Part shown: positions 44,118 through 52,540 of the stretch, in pieces
Layout: the number at the start of each line of letters is the position of its first letter
Position numbering within the stretch: position 1 is the stretch's first letter
Assembly (NCBI GenBank): GCA_963760605.1
Contig: CAVXFA010000062.1
Coordinates: 6,174-70,173, forward strand
Reading direction: 5' to 3'
Length of the DNA: 64,000 nucleotides
DNA from: an uncultured delta proteobacterium
GTDB lineage: Bacteria; Desulfobacterota; SM23-61
Translations under genes and position numbers: made by a program
The notes under the pieces: generated by a model
Told to the model about the DNA's origin: nothing
Databases searched by the model: none
The model's input: the letters and a program-made list of their open reading frames with translations, nothing else

Positions 44118-46181
44118 ATGAAAAGTCACCACCATATCTTTGCAGTTGCCTTTTTTCTGGGCTTCCTGGCGCTTGTCCCGATGGAATCTGGAGCCTACTT
44201 AGATCAAATCAAGGGCAAGAAGGGACCTACGGGGGACGTGGTCCTCCAGGTGGGAGCCATGCCCGTCCCCCTTCCCTCGCGGCGTCAAATCATCGATGCA
44301 GATAAGGGGGCTTTCTGCCTGCAATGCCATCGGATGCCGTATCCCACGGCCCCGCAAAAGCCAGCAAAGCCGGGCGAAAAGGCATTGTCTTCGGTTCAAG
44401 TTACCCCTCCGGGAGGATGGCGGCTCCTGACACCCCTCACCGGCTTCAACGCGATAGCCGGCGGATGGAGCCCGGATGGAAAGCACATCGTCTATTCGAT
44501 CAATCTCTTCGAGAAGGATTGGGATATCTGGGTCATGGATGCGGATGGCAAGAACCGGGCTCCCCTTATTTCGGGCTCGGCGATCAAAATGGCGCCGGAT
44601 TGGAGCCCGGACGGCAAATTCATCGTCTTTCAATCGAATCGCTCGGGAAACTTCGATATATGGATAATGGAAATAGCCACCAAGAAGCTGACCCAACTGA
44701 CCAACGAGCCAAGTGAAGAGACTATGCCCAGATGGTCTCCCGATGGGAAGAAGATCGTCTTCCAGTCTAATCGGTCTGGCAACGAGGATATTTGGACGGT
44801 GGATATCGCAACCGGCCAATGGACCCAACTAACCAACAGCCCGGCCAAGGATGAGAATCCTGTCTTCAGTCCCAACGGGCAGCAGATCGCCTTCGTCTCA
44901 GACCGAAACGGAAAGAAAGATATTTTTGTCATGAACGCTGATGGAAGTGATCAGAGAGCTCTCACCTCAGAACCCGGGGATAATATCGCTCCTCATTGGA
45001 GCCCGGATGGAAAGAAGATCATCTTTTCCCGCAAGGGTGCAGATAACAACCTGCATCTCTGGGTGATGAATGCCGATGGATCGGAGCAGATCCGCCTGAC
45101 GACCCATCCCACCTCGCAGATCGGTCCCTACTGGAGCCCGGACGGAAAGTGGGTCATCTTCACTTCCAACATCCGCGGCAACTGGGATGTCCTCCTGATG
45201 CAGGTGGATGCCTCCATGGTCGATCCATCTCGCAGCCCGCTCAAGCGCTTGACCGATAGCGAGGCCCGGGAGGTGGGCGCCATCTGGAGCCCGGATGGGA
45301 AGAAGATCGCCTACAACTCGGATGCGAATGGACATTGGAGCATTTGGACGATGGGTCCCGATGGTAAGAACAAGCGCCAACTGACCGGAGACGATGAGGA
45401 CGCCGGCTGGCCTTCCTGGAGCCCGGATGGGAAGAAGATCCTTTACTGGGGCTGCCGGGATGGCAACCAGGATGTCTGGGTGATGGATGCGGATGGATCG
45501 AACAAGAGGCGGCTGACCGATCATCCGGCATTGGATGGGGACGCGCAGTGGAGCCCGGACGGGAAGAGGATCGTCTTCGTCTCCGAGCGCACCGGCAAGG
45601 GTGATATCTATGTCATGGATGCCGATGGGTCAAACCAGAAGCGCCTGACCTTCACCGATGCCCTCGATTGGACGCCTTATTGGAGCCCGGATGGGAAGAA
45701 GATCGCCTATGTTTCCAATCAGACCGGGAAATGGGAGATCTGGGCATTGGACGTGGAGACCCTGGAGGGCAAGCACCTCACGCCTGATTCCGGTGGCAAC
45801 TTTGTGCCGCGGTGGAGGCCGCCGGATGGGAGTCAGATATGCTATGTGGGATGGCGAGGGGGTGAGTACACCATCAAGGGCAGTTTTGATGTGGTGGTCA
45901 TGAACGTGGACGGCAGCGGAAAGAGGGAACTGGCCCCGTCCCCGTTCGACGAGCGATCATCGCGTTGGAGCCCGGATGGTAGCAGGATCGTGTTTTGGTC
46001 CTGGCGAACCGGGAGCCCGCAGATCTATGTGATGAATGCGGACGGAAGTGGCTTAAGACAGCTCACTGACAATCTGGCCTACAATGTCTTCCCCTCCTGG
46101 AGCCCGGATGGAAAGAGGATTGCCTTCGAGTCTGACCGCATGGGCAACTTCGACATCTGGGTGATGGAAGTGCCGGAATAG
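44118..46181 (+). CDS. periplasmic TolB-like protein with 13 PD40 beta-propeller repeats and an N-terminal CxxCH heme-binding motif
   Basis: Signal peptide, then GAFCLQCHRM (CxxCH), then 13 repeats of the ..WSPDGK.I.F.. type. Confidence 0.7.
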   Translation: MKSHHHIFAVAFFLGFLALVPMESGAYLDQIKGKKGPTGDVVLQVGAMPVPLPSRRQIIDADKGAFCLQCHRMPYPTAPQKPAKPGEKALSSVQVTPPGGWRLLTPLTGFNAIAGGWSPDGKHIVYSINLFEKDWDIWVMDADGKNRAPLISGSAIKMAPDWSPDGKFIVFQSNRSGNFDIWIMEIATKKLTQLTNEPSEETMPRWSPDGKKIVFQSNRSGNEDIWTVDIATGQWTQLTNSPAKDENPVFSPNGQQIAFVSDRNGKKDIFVMNADGSDQRALTSEPGDNIAPHWSPDGKKIIFSRKGADNNLHLWVMNADGSEQIRLTTHPTSQIGPYWSPDGKWVIFTSNIRGNWDVLLMQVDASMVDPSRSPLKRLTDSEAREVGAIWSPDGKKIAYNSDANGHWSIWTMGPDGKNKRQLTGDDEDAGWPSWSPDGKKILYWGCRDGNQDVWVMDADGSNKRRLTDHPALDGDAQWSPDGKRIVFVSERTGKGDIYVMDADGSNQKRLTFTDALDWTPYWSPDGKKIAYVSNQTGKWEIWALDVETLEGKHLTPDSGGNFVPRWRPPDGSQICYVGWRGGEYTIKGSFDVVVMNVDGSGKRELAPSPFDERSSRWSPDGSRIVFWSWRTGSPQIYVMNADGSGLRQLTDNLAYNVFPSWSPDGKRIAFESDRMGNFDIWVMEVPE

Positions 46182-46220
46182 GTTCGCAAAAGAAGAGAGC
46201 GTCCTGAAGGCTTAGGCGGC

Positions 46221-46340
46221 AATATTTGAGCGATTTTTTAAATTGACATGCAATTGACTTGTGTCCTATACTGCCTCCGTCGTCACTTTTTTTTCATTCC
46301 CTATGCCGCTTCCATCATGAAGCACGTTCCTATCATTTAC
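46221..46340 (+). promoter_or_regulatory. promoter-leader cassette, copy 4
   Basis: TTGACA at 46243-46248, TTGACT at 46254-46259, TATACT at 46267-46272, a 34 bp insertion, then CTTCCATCATGAAGCACGTTCCTATCATTT. A perfect hairpin, CTTCTCCCCCA gtt TGGGGGAGAAG, follows at 46366-46390. Confidence 0.7.
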
Positions 46341-46609
46341 ATAGAAAATACCCTAAATACCCCGGCTTCTCCCCCAGTTTGGGGGAGAAGGAAAGGGTAA
46401 GGGGAAAGAGGGATTTTTATCATTCGTGGGCGCCAAGCCGTCAGGAATGATGAGTTATGAAATGGAGTTTCCAAAAGGTACCAATACGTTGCCTCCAGGG
46501 GGGGTTTTAGGCCCTCTTGGAGGCTTTTGTATTTGGGCCTACGATAATGTAAGATTAGGCGGAAGACAAGGAAATCTGGTTCGCAACTTAAGGAAAAGGA
46601 GGAAGTAGC

Positions 46610-47772
46610 ATGAAGAAGTGGCACATTGTTGCTGTTTGTTTGTTGGGACTCTTGTTGCTGGCATGGTCTCGAGCCGCTGTGGCCGGACCTAAGGTGGCCA
46701 TTGTCCAAGGGAATGAAAAGATATTGAAAGGTTCAGTGATCGCCCCCGAGCGATGCTGGGCTATCTGCCCAAGCATCCGGAAGGTGGACGCGAGGACCTT
46801 GGCTGGACCTTAGAGTATACGCCAGAGAGCATTCAGGAAGTTGAGAGGATGGTCCGTAAGGCCGTTGATTTGGCGGGTGGATGGCCGGTTAAAAGCGGGG
46901 ACACGGTATTTATCAAGTTCAACGCCAATAACGATCAATGGTATCTGTTATCCACTGGTCACGGGAATGCGGAGGACTTCGCTGCCACGAACACGGATGG
47001 CCGGATCGCTAGAGCAGTCGCGCTCTTGTGCAAGGAGTCGGGGGCCAGGAGGATCATTATCGGCGAAGCCCCTGGACTCGCCAACGCTATTCCATCCATG
47101 AGAGTGTGGGGAGCCGAAATGGCGGTTAAGGAGGCGGGAGCTGAGCTCGTTGACCTTGACAATGTGCCTTACAGATGGGTCAAAGCCCCGCATGCCCTGG
47201 CAGCTGCGGAGTACGCTATACCTGCAGTAGTGCTGGATGCGGATGTAGTGATCAGCGTGGCAAACCTGAAGACCCATGGCTTTGCGGGCACTACAGGGGT
47301 CTTAAAGAACATCGGTATCGGCGTTCCTCCCAACAAGGTCTATGGTGCTCCTAAGACAGGATTGCGTCACGATGTGCTGCGAAGACCCAAAGTGATGTAT
47401 GCGATATCGTGAAGGCTAAGTATCAACATCTTAGGCGCCATCTACGGTGGGGAAGGAGCTGGGCCTACGATGTGCAAGGGTATTTACCAGGGCATAATTC
47501 TTGCCGGTAAAGATCCAGTGGCCATAGATTACGTAGGGAGTGCCTGCATGGGTGAGAATCCAGAACGTTTCGGCTACCTGCGAATAGGCCAGCGAGATCG
47601 GTCTGGGCACATACAAAGACATCCAGGTGGTTGGCAAGAGTATCGGGGAAGTCATGAAGCAATATGCGCCACTTCCAGGCCATGGACCCGGCGCTTTTGG
47701 AGAAGTTTGGGGCTGGCCGTAAGATTCGCCTTGGATGAGGGGGAGGACGTAGGTTCTCCCTCCCTCATGTAA
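46610..47772 (+). pseudogene. exported DUF362-domain protein, paralog 2, broken by at least two frameshifts
   Basis: Signal peptide ORF 46610..46813. The core AVDLAGGWPVKSGDTVFIKFN is in ORF 46753..47412. The C-terminal part is in ORF 47470..47772 (AGKDPVAIDYVGSACMG). It aligns with the 38713..39840 protein across all three frames. Confidence 0.6.
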
Positions 47773-47832
47773 GATGAGGGGGCGCCATAGAGTATGACAC
47801 GCCCTCTCACCGTAGCATGCCTGAACTTTTCT

Positions 47833-47863
47833 GCCCTCCCCATTACACGGGGAGGGCTTTTTA
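47833..47863 (+). terminator. rho-independent terminator (GCCCTCCCC attacac GGGGAGGGC TTTTT)
   Basis: Perfect 9 bp GC stem followed by a T5 run, after the DUF362 paralog. Confidence 0.7.
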
Positions 47864-47919
47864 ATTGCAGACCATAGATCGTAAGAGGCTAAGAGGTCCT
47901 TTGTATCCTTGAAGGGAGG

Positions 47920-48336
47920 ATGGATTTGATGTCAAATTATCTGAAGACCCCACTCTTGGTGCTGGCTCTGGTGGTTGCTTTAGTGGCCTTCCTTCCCGGG
48001 GTGGGATTTTCTCAAGAGAAAGTCTCGATATACGATTTCTACGTTTTCAATTGGCTGAAAGCCGTCAAGCTGAATTGGAAGGCTGCCGCTCCCGAGGGCG
48101 CAGAGGGAACCCTCCAGGTTTACCGGAGCGATAAGGAAAACGGTCCCTATTCGCTTGTGCAAGAGATAAGACTGGGCGACCGGGGATTCATCGATGTCAT
48201 CACAGGGACCTATGTCTTCTTCGACAGGAAGGTGGAGGCCGACCACAGCTATTACTATAAGCTGGGGCTGCGGGGGTCCAGTCAAAGTTTGGGTCCCTTA
48301 AGAGGACTCGCCCGCAGCGGCCCTCCTGGGACTTGA
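47920..48336 (+). CDS. small exported FN3-like protein, paralog 2
   Basis: About 60% identical to the 38125..38529 product, including the conserved C-terminal tail GP(F/L)RGLA..PPGT. Confidence 0.6.
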   Translation: MDLMSNYLKTPLLVLALVVALVAFLPGVGFSQEKVSIYDFYVFNWLKAVKLNWKAAAPEGAEGTLQVYRSDKENGPYSLVQEIRLGDRGFIDVITGTYVFFDRKVEADHSYYYKLGLRGSSQSLGPLRGLARSGPPGT

Positions 48337-48353
48337 AAGACCGTCACATTATG

Positions 48354-48436
48354 AATATTTTGAGCGGTTTTTTGATTGACATGCAATTGACTTGTGCCCT
48401 ATACTGCTTCCATCATGAAGGAAATTTCTATCCTTA
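48354..48436 (+). promoter_or_regulatory. promoter-leader cassette, copy 5 (most compact copy)
   Basis: AATATTTTGAGCGGTTTTTTGA, TTGACA at 48376-48381, TTGACT at 48388-48393, TATACT at 48400-48405, then GCTTCCATCATGAAGGAAATTTCTATCC. It sits 20 nt ahead of the cupin gene start. Confidence 0.7.
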
Positions 48437-48456
48437 GCGCCAAGGAGGGAACAGAA

Positions 48457-48936
48457 ATGAAAAAGGTAAGCCTATTGGCCATGGCCGCCCTGGTCATCTT
48501 TACTATGATCTGGGCCATATCATCGGTGCAAGCCAAAGAGCCCTACGCAACAGCCGAGGAATATAGCAAGTATATCGTCAACAAGGGTTCTGTTCCTTGG
48601 ACCGAGCTGGTGCCTGGGGCCAACACCCATCTGGTCTGGGGAGATCGGGTCATGGTGAGCTTACTTACCATGGCTCCCTGGACAACCTTTCCCAGGCATA
48701 CTCATGAAGCAGAGCAGATCATGATCGTCCTGGACGGTTATATGGACGAGATGATCGAGGGAAAGCTATATCGGATCAAGAAGGGAGATGTAATCATATT
48801 GCGCTCCAATGTCCCGCACGGCGGCTACCTTTATGATGTCCCCTGTGTGGTGATCGACATCTTTGCCCCGGTTCGCCCCGACTACATCGAGAAGACCAAG
48901 AAGCAGGGCACCTATGATGTGATCATTCCGAAGTAA
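48457..48936 (+). CDS. exported cupin-domain protein
   Basis: RBS AAGGAGG at 48442-48448, then ATG. Signal peptide MKKVSLLAMAALVIF. Cupin motifs PRHTHEAEQIMIVLDG and NVPHGG. Track ORF 48394 uses an upstream GTG that lies inside the cassette. Confidence 0.65.
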   Translation: MKKVSLLAMAALVIFTMIWAISSVQAKEPYATAEEYSKYIVNKGSVPWTELVPGANTHLVWGDRVMVSLLTMAPWTTFPRHTHEAEQIMIVLDGYMDEMIEGKLYRIKKGDVIILRSNVPHGGYLYDVPCVVIDIFAPVRPDYIEKTKKQGTYDVIIPK

Positions 48937-48982
48937 AGGGCGAGACTCCTCCACCCGGCTCACTAATAGTTTCTGCGTAAAT

Positions 48983-49024
48983 AAAAATCCCCATTTCTAT
49001 GGAAAGAAATGGGGATTTTTATTC
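48983..49024. terminator. bidirectional rho-independent terminator (AAAAATCCCCATTTC tatggaaa GAAATGGGGATTTTTATT)
   Basis: 12 bp perfect stem flanked by A and T runs, between the convergent cupin and MFS genes. Confidence 0.8.
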
Positions 49025-49083
49025 CCATACGGATCTAAGATCAAAAACGGATGTATTCGGTTCTTGGGCCTAAAGAGTTCAAG

Positions 49084-50280
49084 CTATCTCCTTTTAGCGC
49101 TGCTCAGAAAAAGCCAGAGAAGCAGAGCCGCTAAGAGGGCCAGGGTGGCGCCAAAACTGAAGGCCGCTTTTGAACCGACTTTCTCCCAGAGCAAGCCCAT
49201 CAAAAGGCTTGCCGGCAGGGTGCTAATACCGATGGAGAAGTGATACAATCCGTAAGCCGTGCCCCGCAAATGCGGCTCGACTAAATCGGCCACCAGAGCT
49301 CGCTCTCCACCCTCCGTCAAACCGTAGAAGAGACCATAAATTGCAAAAAGGGTCCAAACCATCCCGGAAGTTTCAGCCCAGCCGAAAGCCCAGTAAACAG
49401 CGCTGTAGAGCAGCCAGCCGGCGATGATCACACCCCTTCTGCCCAGACGGTCGGAAAGGATTCCACCCGGAGTGGCGGATAAGGACTTGACCAGATGGAG
49501 AACCATCCAGAGGATGGGGATGAGAGAAACGGGGATGCCGGCCTCTTTGGCTTTTAGAAGCAAGAAGGCATCACTGGAATTTCCCAGGCTGAAGAGGATG
49601 AGGATAAAAAGAAAGACCTTAAATCGGCTGTCAAAGGGTCGAAGGGTCAACTGGATTCTCGCCGCGGCGACCCGGGTTGGGGTTGATTGTCTCTCGCTCA
49701 CCCCCCGGATGAGAATGATCAGAGCAACCAACCCGGGTAGGTAAGCTGCCCAGAAGATAAGGCGGTATTGTTGAGTGATGAAGGTGAGAAAGAAAAACGC
49801 AATCAACGGCCCCATTACGGCCCCGGCATGGTCCATGGCCCGCTGAAAGCCGAAGGCTTTTCCATGTTCCCCCCCGAGACAGGAGTCTGCAATAAGCGCG
49901 TCCCGGGGGGAAGTTCGAATCCCTTTTCCCACCCGGTCAAGAAAACGGATAAGCAGCACGTGCCACCCCGCCGTAGCCGCAGCCACTAAAGGACGAGTAA
50001 AGGTGGAAAGCGTGTAGCCGAAAACGACCAGGGATTTTCTCTTTCCTATGCGGTCAGAGACCCAGCCGGAGAAGAGCTTGAGCAAAGAAGCGGTGGCCTC
50101 GGCAACGCCTTCTACCAATCCAACAAAGGTCGTTCCCATTCCCAAGACGGAAGTTAAAAAGATGGGAAGCAGGGGATAGATCATTTCACTACTTACGTCA
50201 GTGAAAAGACTGACCAACCCCAAGGAATAAATATTTCGGCTGAAACCGAAAATTTTCTTGTCAGAATTTGTTTGAGGCAT
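49084..50280 (-). CDS. MFS transporter
   Basis: 398 aa. 12-TM-like, with MFS motifs. Confidence 0.75.
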   Translation of the reverse strand: MPQTNSDKKIFGFSRNIYSLGLVSLFTDVSSEMIYPLLPIFLTSVLGMGTTFVGLVEGVAEATASLLKLFSGWVSDRIGKRKSLVVFGYTLSTFTRPLVAAATAGWHVLLIRFLDRVGKGIRTSPRDALIADSCLGGEHGKAFGFQRAMDHAGAVMGPLIAFFFLTFITQQYRLIFWAAYLPGLVALIILIRGVSERQSTPTRVAAARIQLTLRPFDSRFKVFLFILILFSLGNSSDAFLLLKAKEAGIPVSLIPILWMVLHLVKSLSATPGGILSDRLGRRGVIIAGWLLYSAVYWAFGWAETSGMVWTLFAIYGLFYGLTEGGERALVADLVEPHLRGTAYGLYHFSIGISTLPASLLMGLLWEKVGSKAAFSFGATLALLAALLLWLFLSSAKRR

Positions 50281-50605
50281 GACTGGCCAAGGAGTTGTTT
50301 TCTTTCCGCGTTTTACGGGTGCTCAGCCGTGAAAACTTTCGAAATAAATACCAAATTAAAGGGGAAAAGACAAGTTTAGGCCTTTTCTACCGTCGGTCAT
50401 TCGGAGGAAGCCTTTTCAAAGGTAGATTCCCAGGGGGGTAAAAATTGGGCAACAATATGGAAAATTTAATAAAATTTAATATTTTCCGATAATTAAAATT
50501 AGGGTATAATTCTCAACGGGTATATTCTTGGAATTTTTTCCAGGGGCGCTGAAATTACCATTGAGCTTCGGATAAAGAATGGAACAAATGTCAATACGGC
50601 ATTAA

Positions 50606-50659
50606 CCCCCCTCACCTCTATCCTCTCCCCCCGATGGGGGGAGAGGGGAGGGTGAGGGG
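50606..50659. repeat. large GC-rich palindrome (CCCCTCACCTCTATCCTCTCCCCCC gat GGGGGGAGAGGGGAGGGTGAGGGG)
   Basis: Imperfect ~24 bp inverted repeat in the 520 bp spacer upstream of gspE. An AT-rich tract lies nearby at 50440-50520, with TATAAT at 50505-50510. Confidence 0.6.
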
Positions 50660-50823
50660 ACAATTGTCAAAGAACTAAATGCGTTTGTATCAGCTTACCT
50701 CTCATTGTAGGTAGCTTTTGGCTCAAGTAATTCTGCACCTGCCGCTGCCAGTTTAAGGTGCTGTCCTAACCCTTTTTAGCTACCCGATGCAAAGGGTGAG
50801 TGGGTTCTGGATGGGATGTAGAA

Positions 50824-52533
50824 ATGGCGAATATGAATAAGCAAATTGTTTCCTATCTGGTCGGGAAGGGAATGATTCGAAGGGAGGACGTGGAAGCAGC
50901 GTTCCCTTCGGGGCAATTTCCGGAGGATTTCTCGTTCGAAGAATATCTCATCAAACCCGGGCTGCTCACTCCTCAAAAATTTCGATCCGCCCTGGAGGAA
51001 TTTTTTGGAGCTCCGTTCGCTTCGGAGGATGACTTCCCCAAAGAACCCATGCTCTTTGATCAATTATCCGTGCAATTCATGAAAGAGGCAAAGTTCATCC
51101 CGGCCTATCTGGAAAATAATACTCTGACGGTTATCATGAGCAACCCTTTGGATTTTTACATTCTCGACGCCATCCGGGTGGCTACAAACCATGAAATCAA
51201 AGTTTTGGTCGGCCAAGAGAGCGAGATTCTGCAGGCCATAGAACGCTCCTACGGGTCGGGCCCGACCTCCATGGAAAAAATTATTGAGGATATCGATAGC
51301 ATCCCAGAATATCGGGCAGAAGACGAAGAGAACGTCGACCATCTCCGAGATATGGCCTCGGAGGGACCCGTCATCCGGTTGGTGAACCTGATCATCAGCC
51401 GGGCGATTGAGAGAAGGGCCAGTGACATCCATTTTGAGCCTTTCGAGGATCATTTCCGAGTCCGGTATCGCATTGACGGGGTCCTCCATGATGTGGAATC
51501 ACCGCCCAAGCGCCTGCAAGCCGCGATCATTTCGCGCGTCAAAATCATGGCCAAATTAAATATCGCCGAGAGACGTCTCCCCCAGGACGGTCGGATTATG
51601 CTCCGGGTGAAGGGTAAGGAGATCGATTTTCGGGTTTCTTCAGTTCCCACGATCCATGGGGAGTCTACCGTTTTGCGGATTTTGGACAAGAGCAGCATCG
51701 TCCTGGACATTGGGGTATTGGGTTTTCCAGAAGACACCCTGGAAGAGTTTCAAGGGCTCATCCAAAGCCCCCATGGAATCATTCTGGTCACCGGGCCCAC
51801 CGGGAGTGGAAAGACCACTACCCTTTACTGTGCCCTGCAAAAGATCAATTCCTCAGAGAAGAAAATCATCACCGTAGAGGACCCGGTAGAATATCAATTG
51901 CGAGGAGTCAATCAGATTCAGGTCAAGCCAGCCATCGGGCTCACCTTCGCCAATGCTTTACGTTCCATCGTTCGCCAGGACCCGGATGTAATCCTGATCG
52001 GAGAGATTCGGGATGCCGAAACCGCGGAAATCGCTATTCATTCAGCCCTGACCGGCCACTTGGTGTTGAGCACGCTGCACACCAATGACGCCCCCAGCGC
52101 CATTACCCGGCTCATTGATATGGGAATGGAGGATTACCTTCTCTCTTCCACCATCATCGGAATTTTGGCTCAGCGTTTGGTGCGGGTTGCCTGCCCTTCT
52201 TGCTCGGAGCCCTATTCTCCTGATCCGGCAATCATGAAGGAGATGAAGCTGGCAGGAGTCGGTCTGGAAGGTTCGAAAATCCATGAGGTCAGGGGATGCG
52301 AAAAGTGTTCGAACACGGGGTATTTGGGGCGGACGGGAATCTATGAATTTCTCAAAATTTCTGACGACATCCAAAAGCTCATCTTAGAAAAAAAGGATTC
52401 TAACATCATCAAAGAGGCGGCCCGCAAGAAGGGCATGAGAACCCTAAGAGAGGAAGGCTGGTTGAAGGTCATACAGGGGGTTACCACCGTTTCCGAAATC
52501 TTGCGGGTGACCCAGGAAGAGGAGATCCTTTAA
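50824..52533 (+). CDS. gspE: type II secretion system ATPase GspE
   Basis: N-terminal T2SS-E N-domain. Walker A GPTGSGKTTT, Asp box and His box. C-terminal tetracysteine CPSC...CEKC. Start placed at MANMNKQ. Confidence 0.85.
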   Translation: MANMNKQIVSYLVGKGMIRREDVEAAFPSGQFPEDFSFEEYLIKPGLLTPQKFRSALEEFFGAPFASEDDFPKEPMLFDQLSVQFMKEAKFIPAYLENNTLTVIMSNPLDFYILDAIRVATNHEIKVLVGQESEILQAIERSYGSGPTSMEKIIEDIDSIPEYRAEDEENVDHLRDMASEGPVIRLVNLIISRAIERRASDIHFEPFEDHFRVRYRIDGVLHDVESPPKRLQAAIISRVKIMAKLNIAERRLPQDGRIMLRVKGKEIDFRVSSVPTIHGESTVLRILDKSSIVLDIGVLGFPEDTLEEFQGLIQSPHGIILVTGPTGSGKTTTLYCALQKINSSEKKIITVEDPVEYQLRGVNQIQVKPAIGLTFANALRSIVRQDPDVILIGEIRDAETAEIAIHSALTGHLVLSTLHTNDAPSAITRLIDMGMEDYLLSSTIIGILAQRLVRVACPSCSEPYSPDPAIMKEMKLAGVGLEGSKIHEVRGCEKCSNTGYLGRTGIYEFLKISDDIQKLILEKKDSNIIKEAARKKGMRTLREEGWLKVIQGVTTVSEILRVTQEEEIL

Positions 52534-52540
52534 AGGAACG

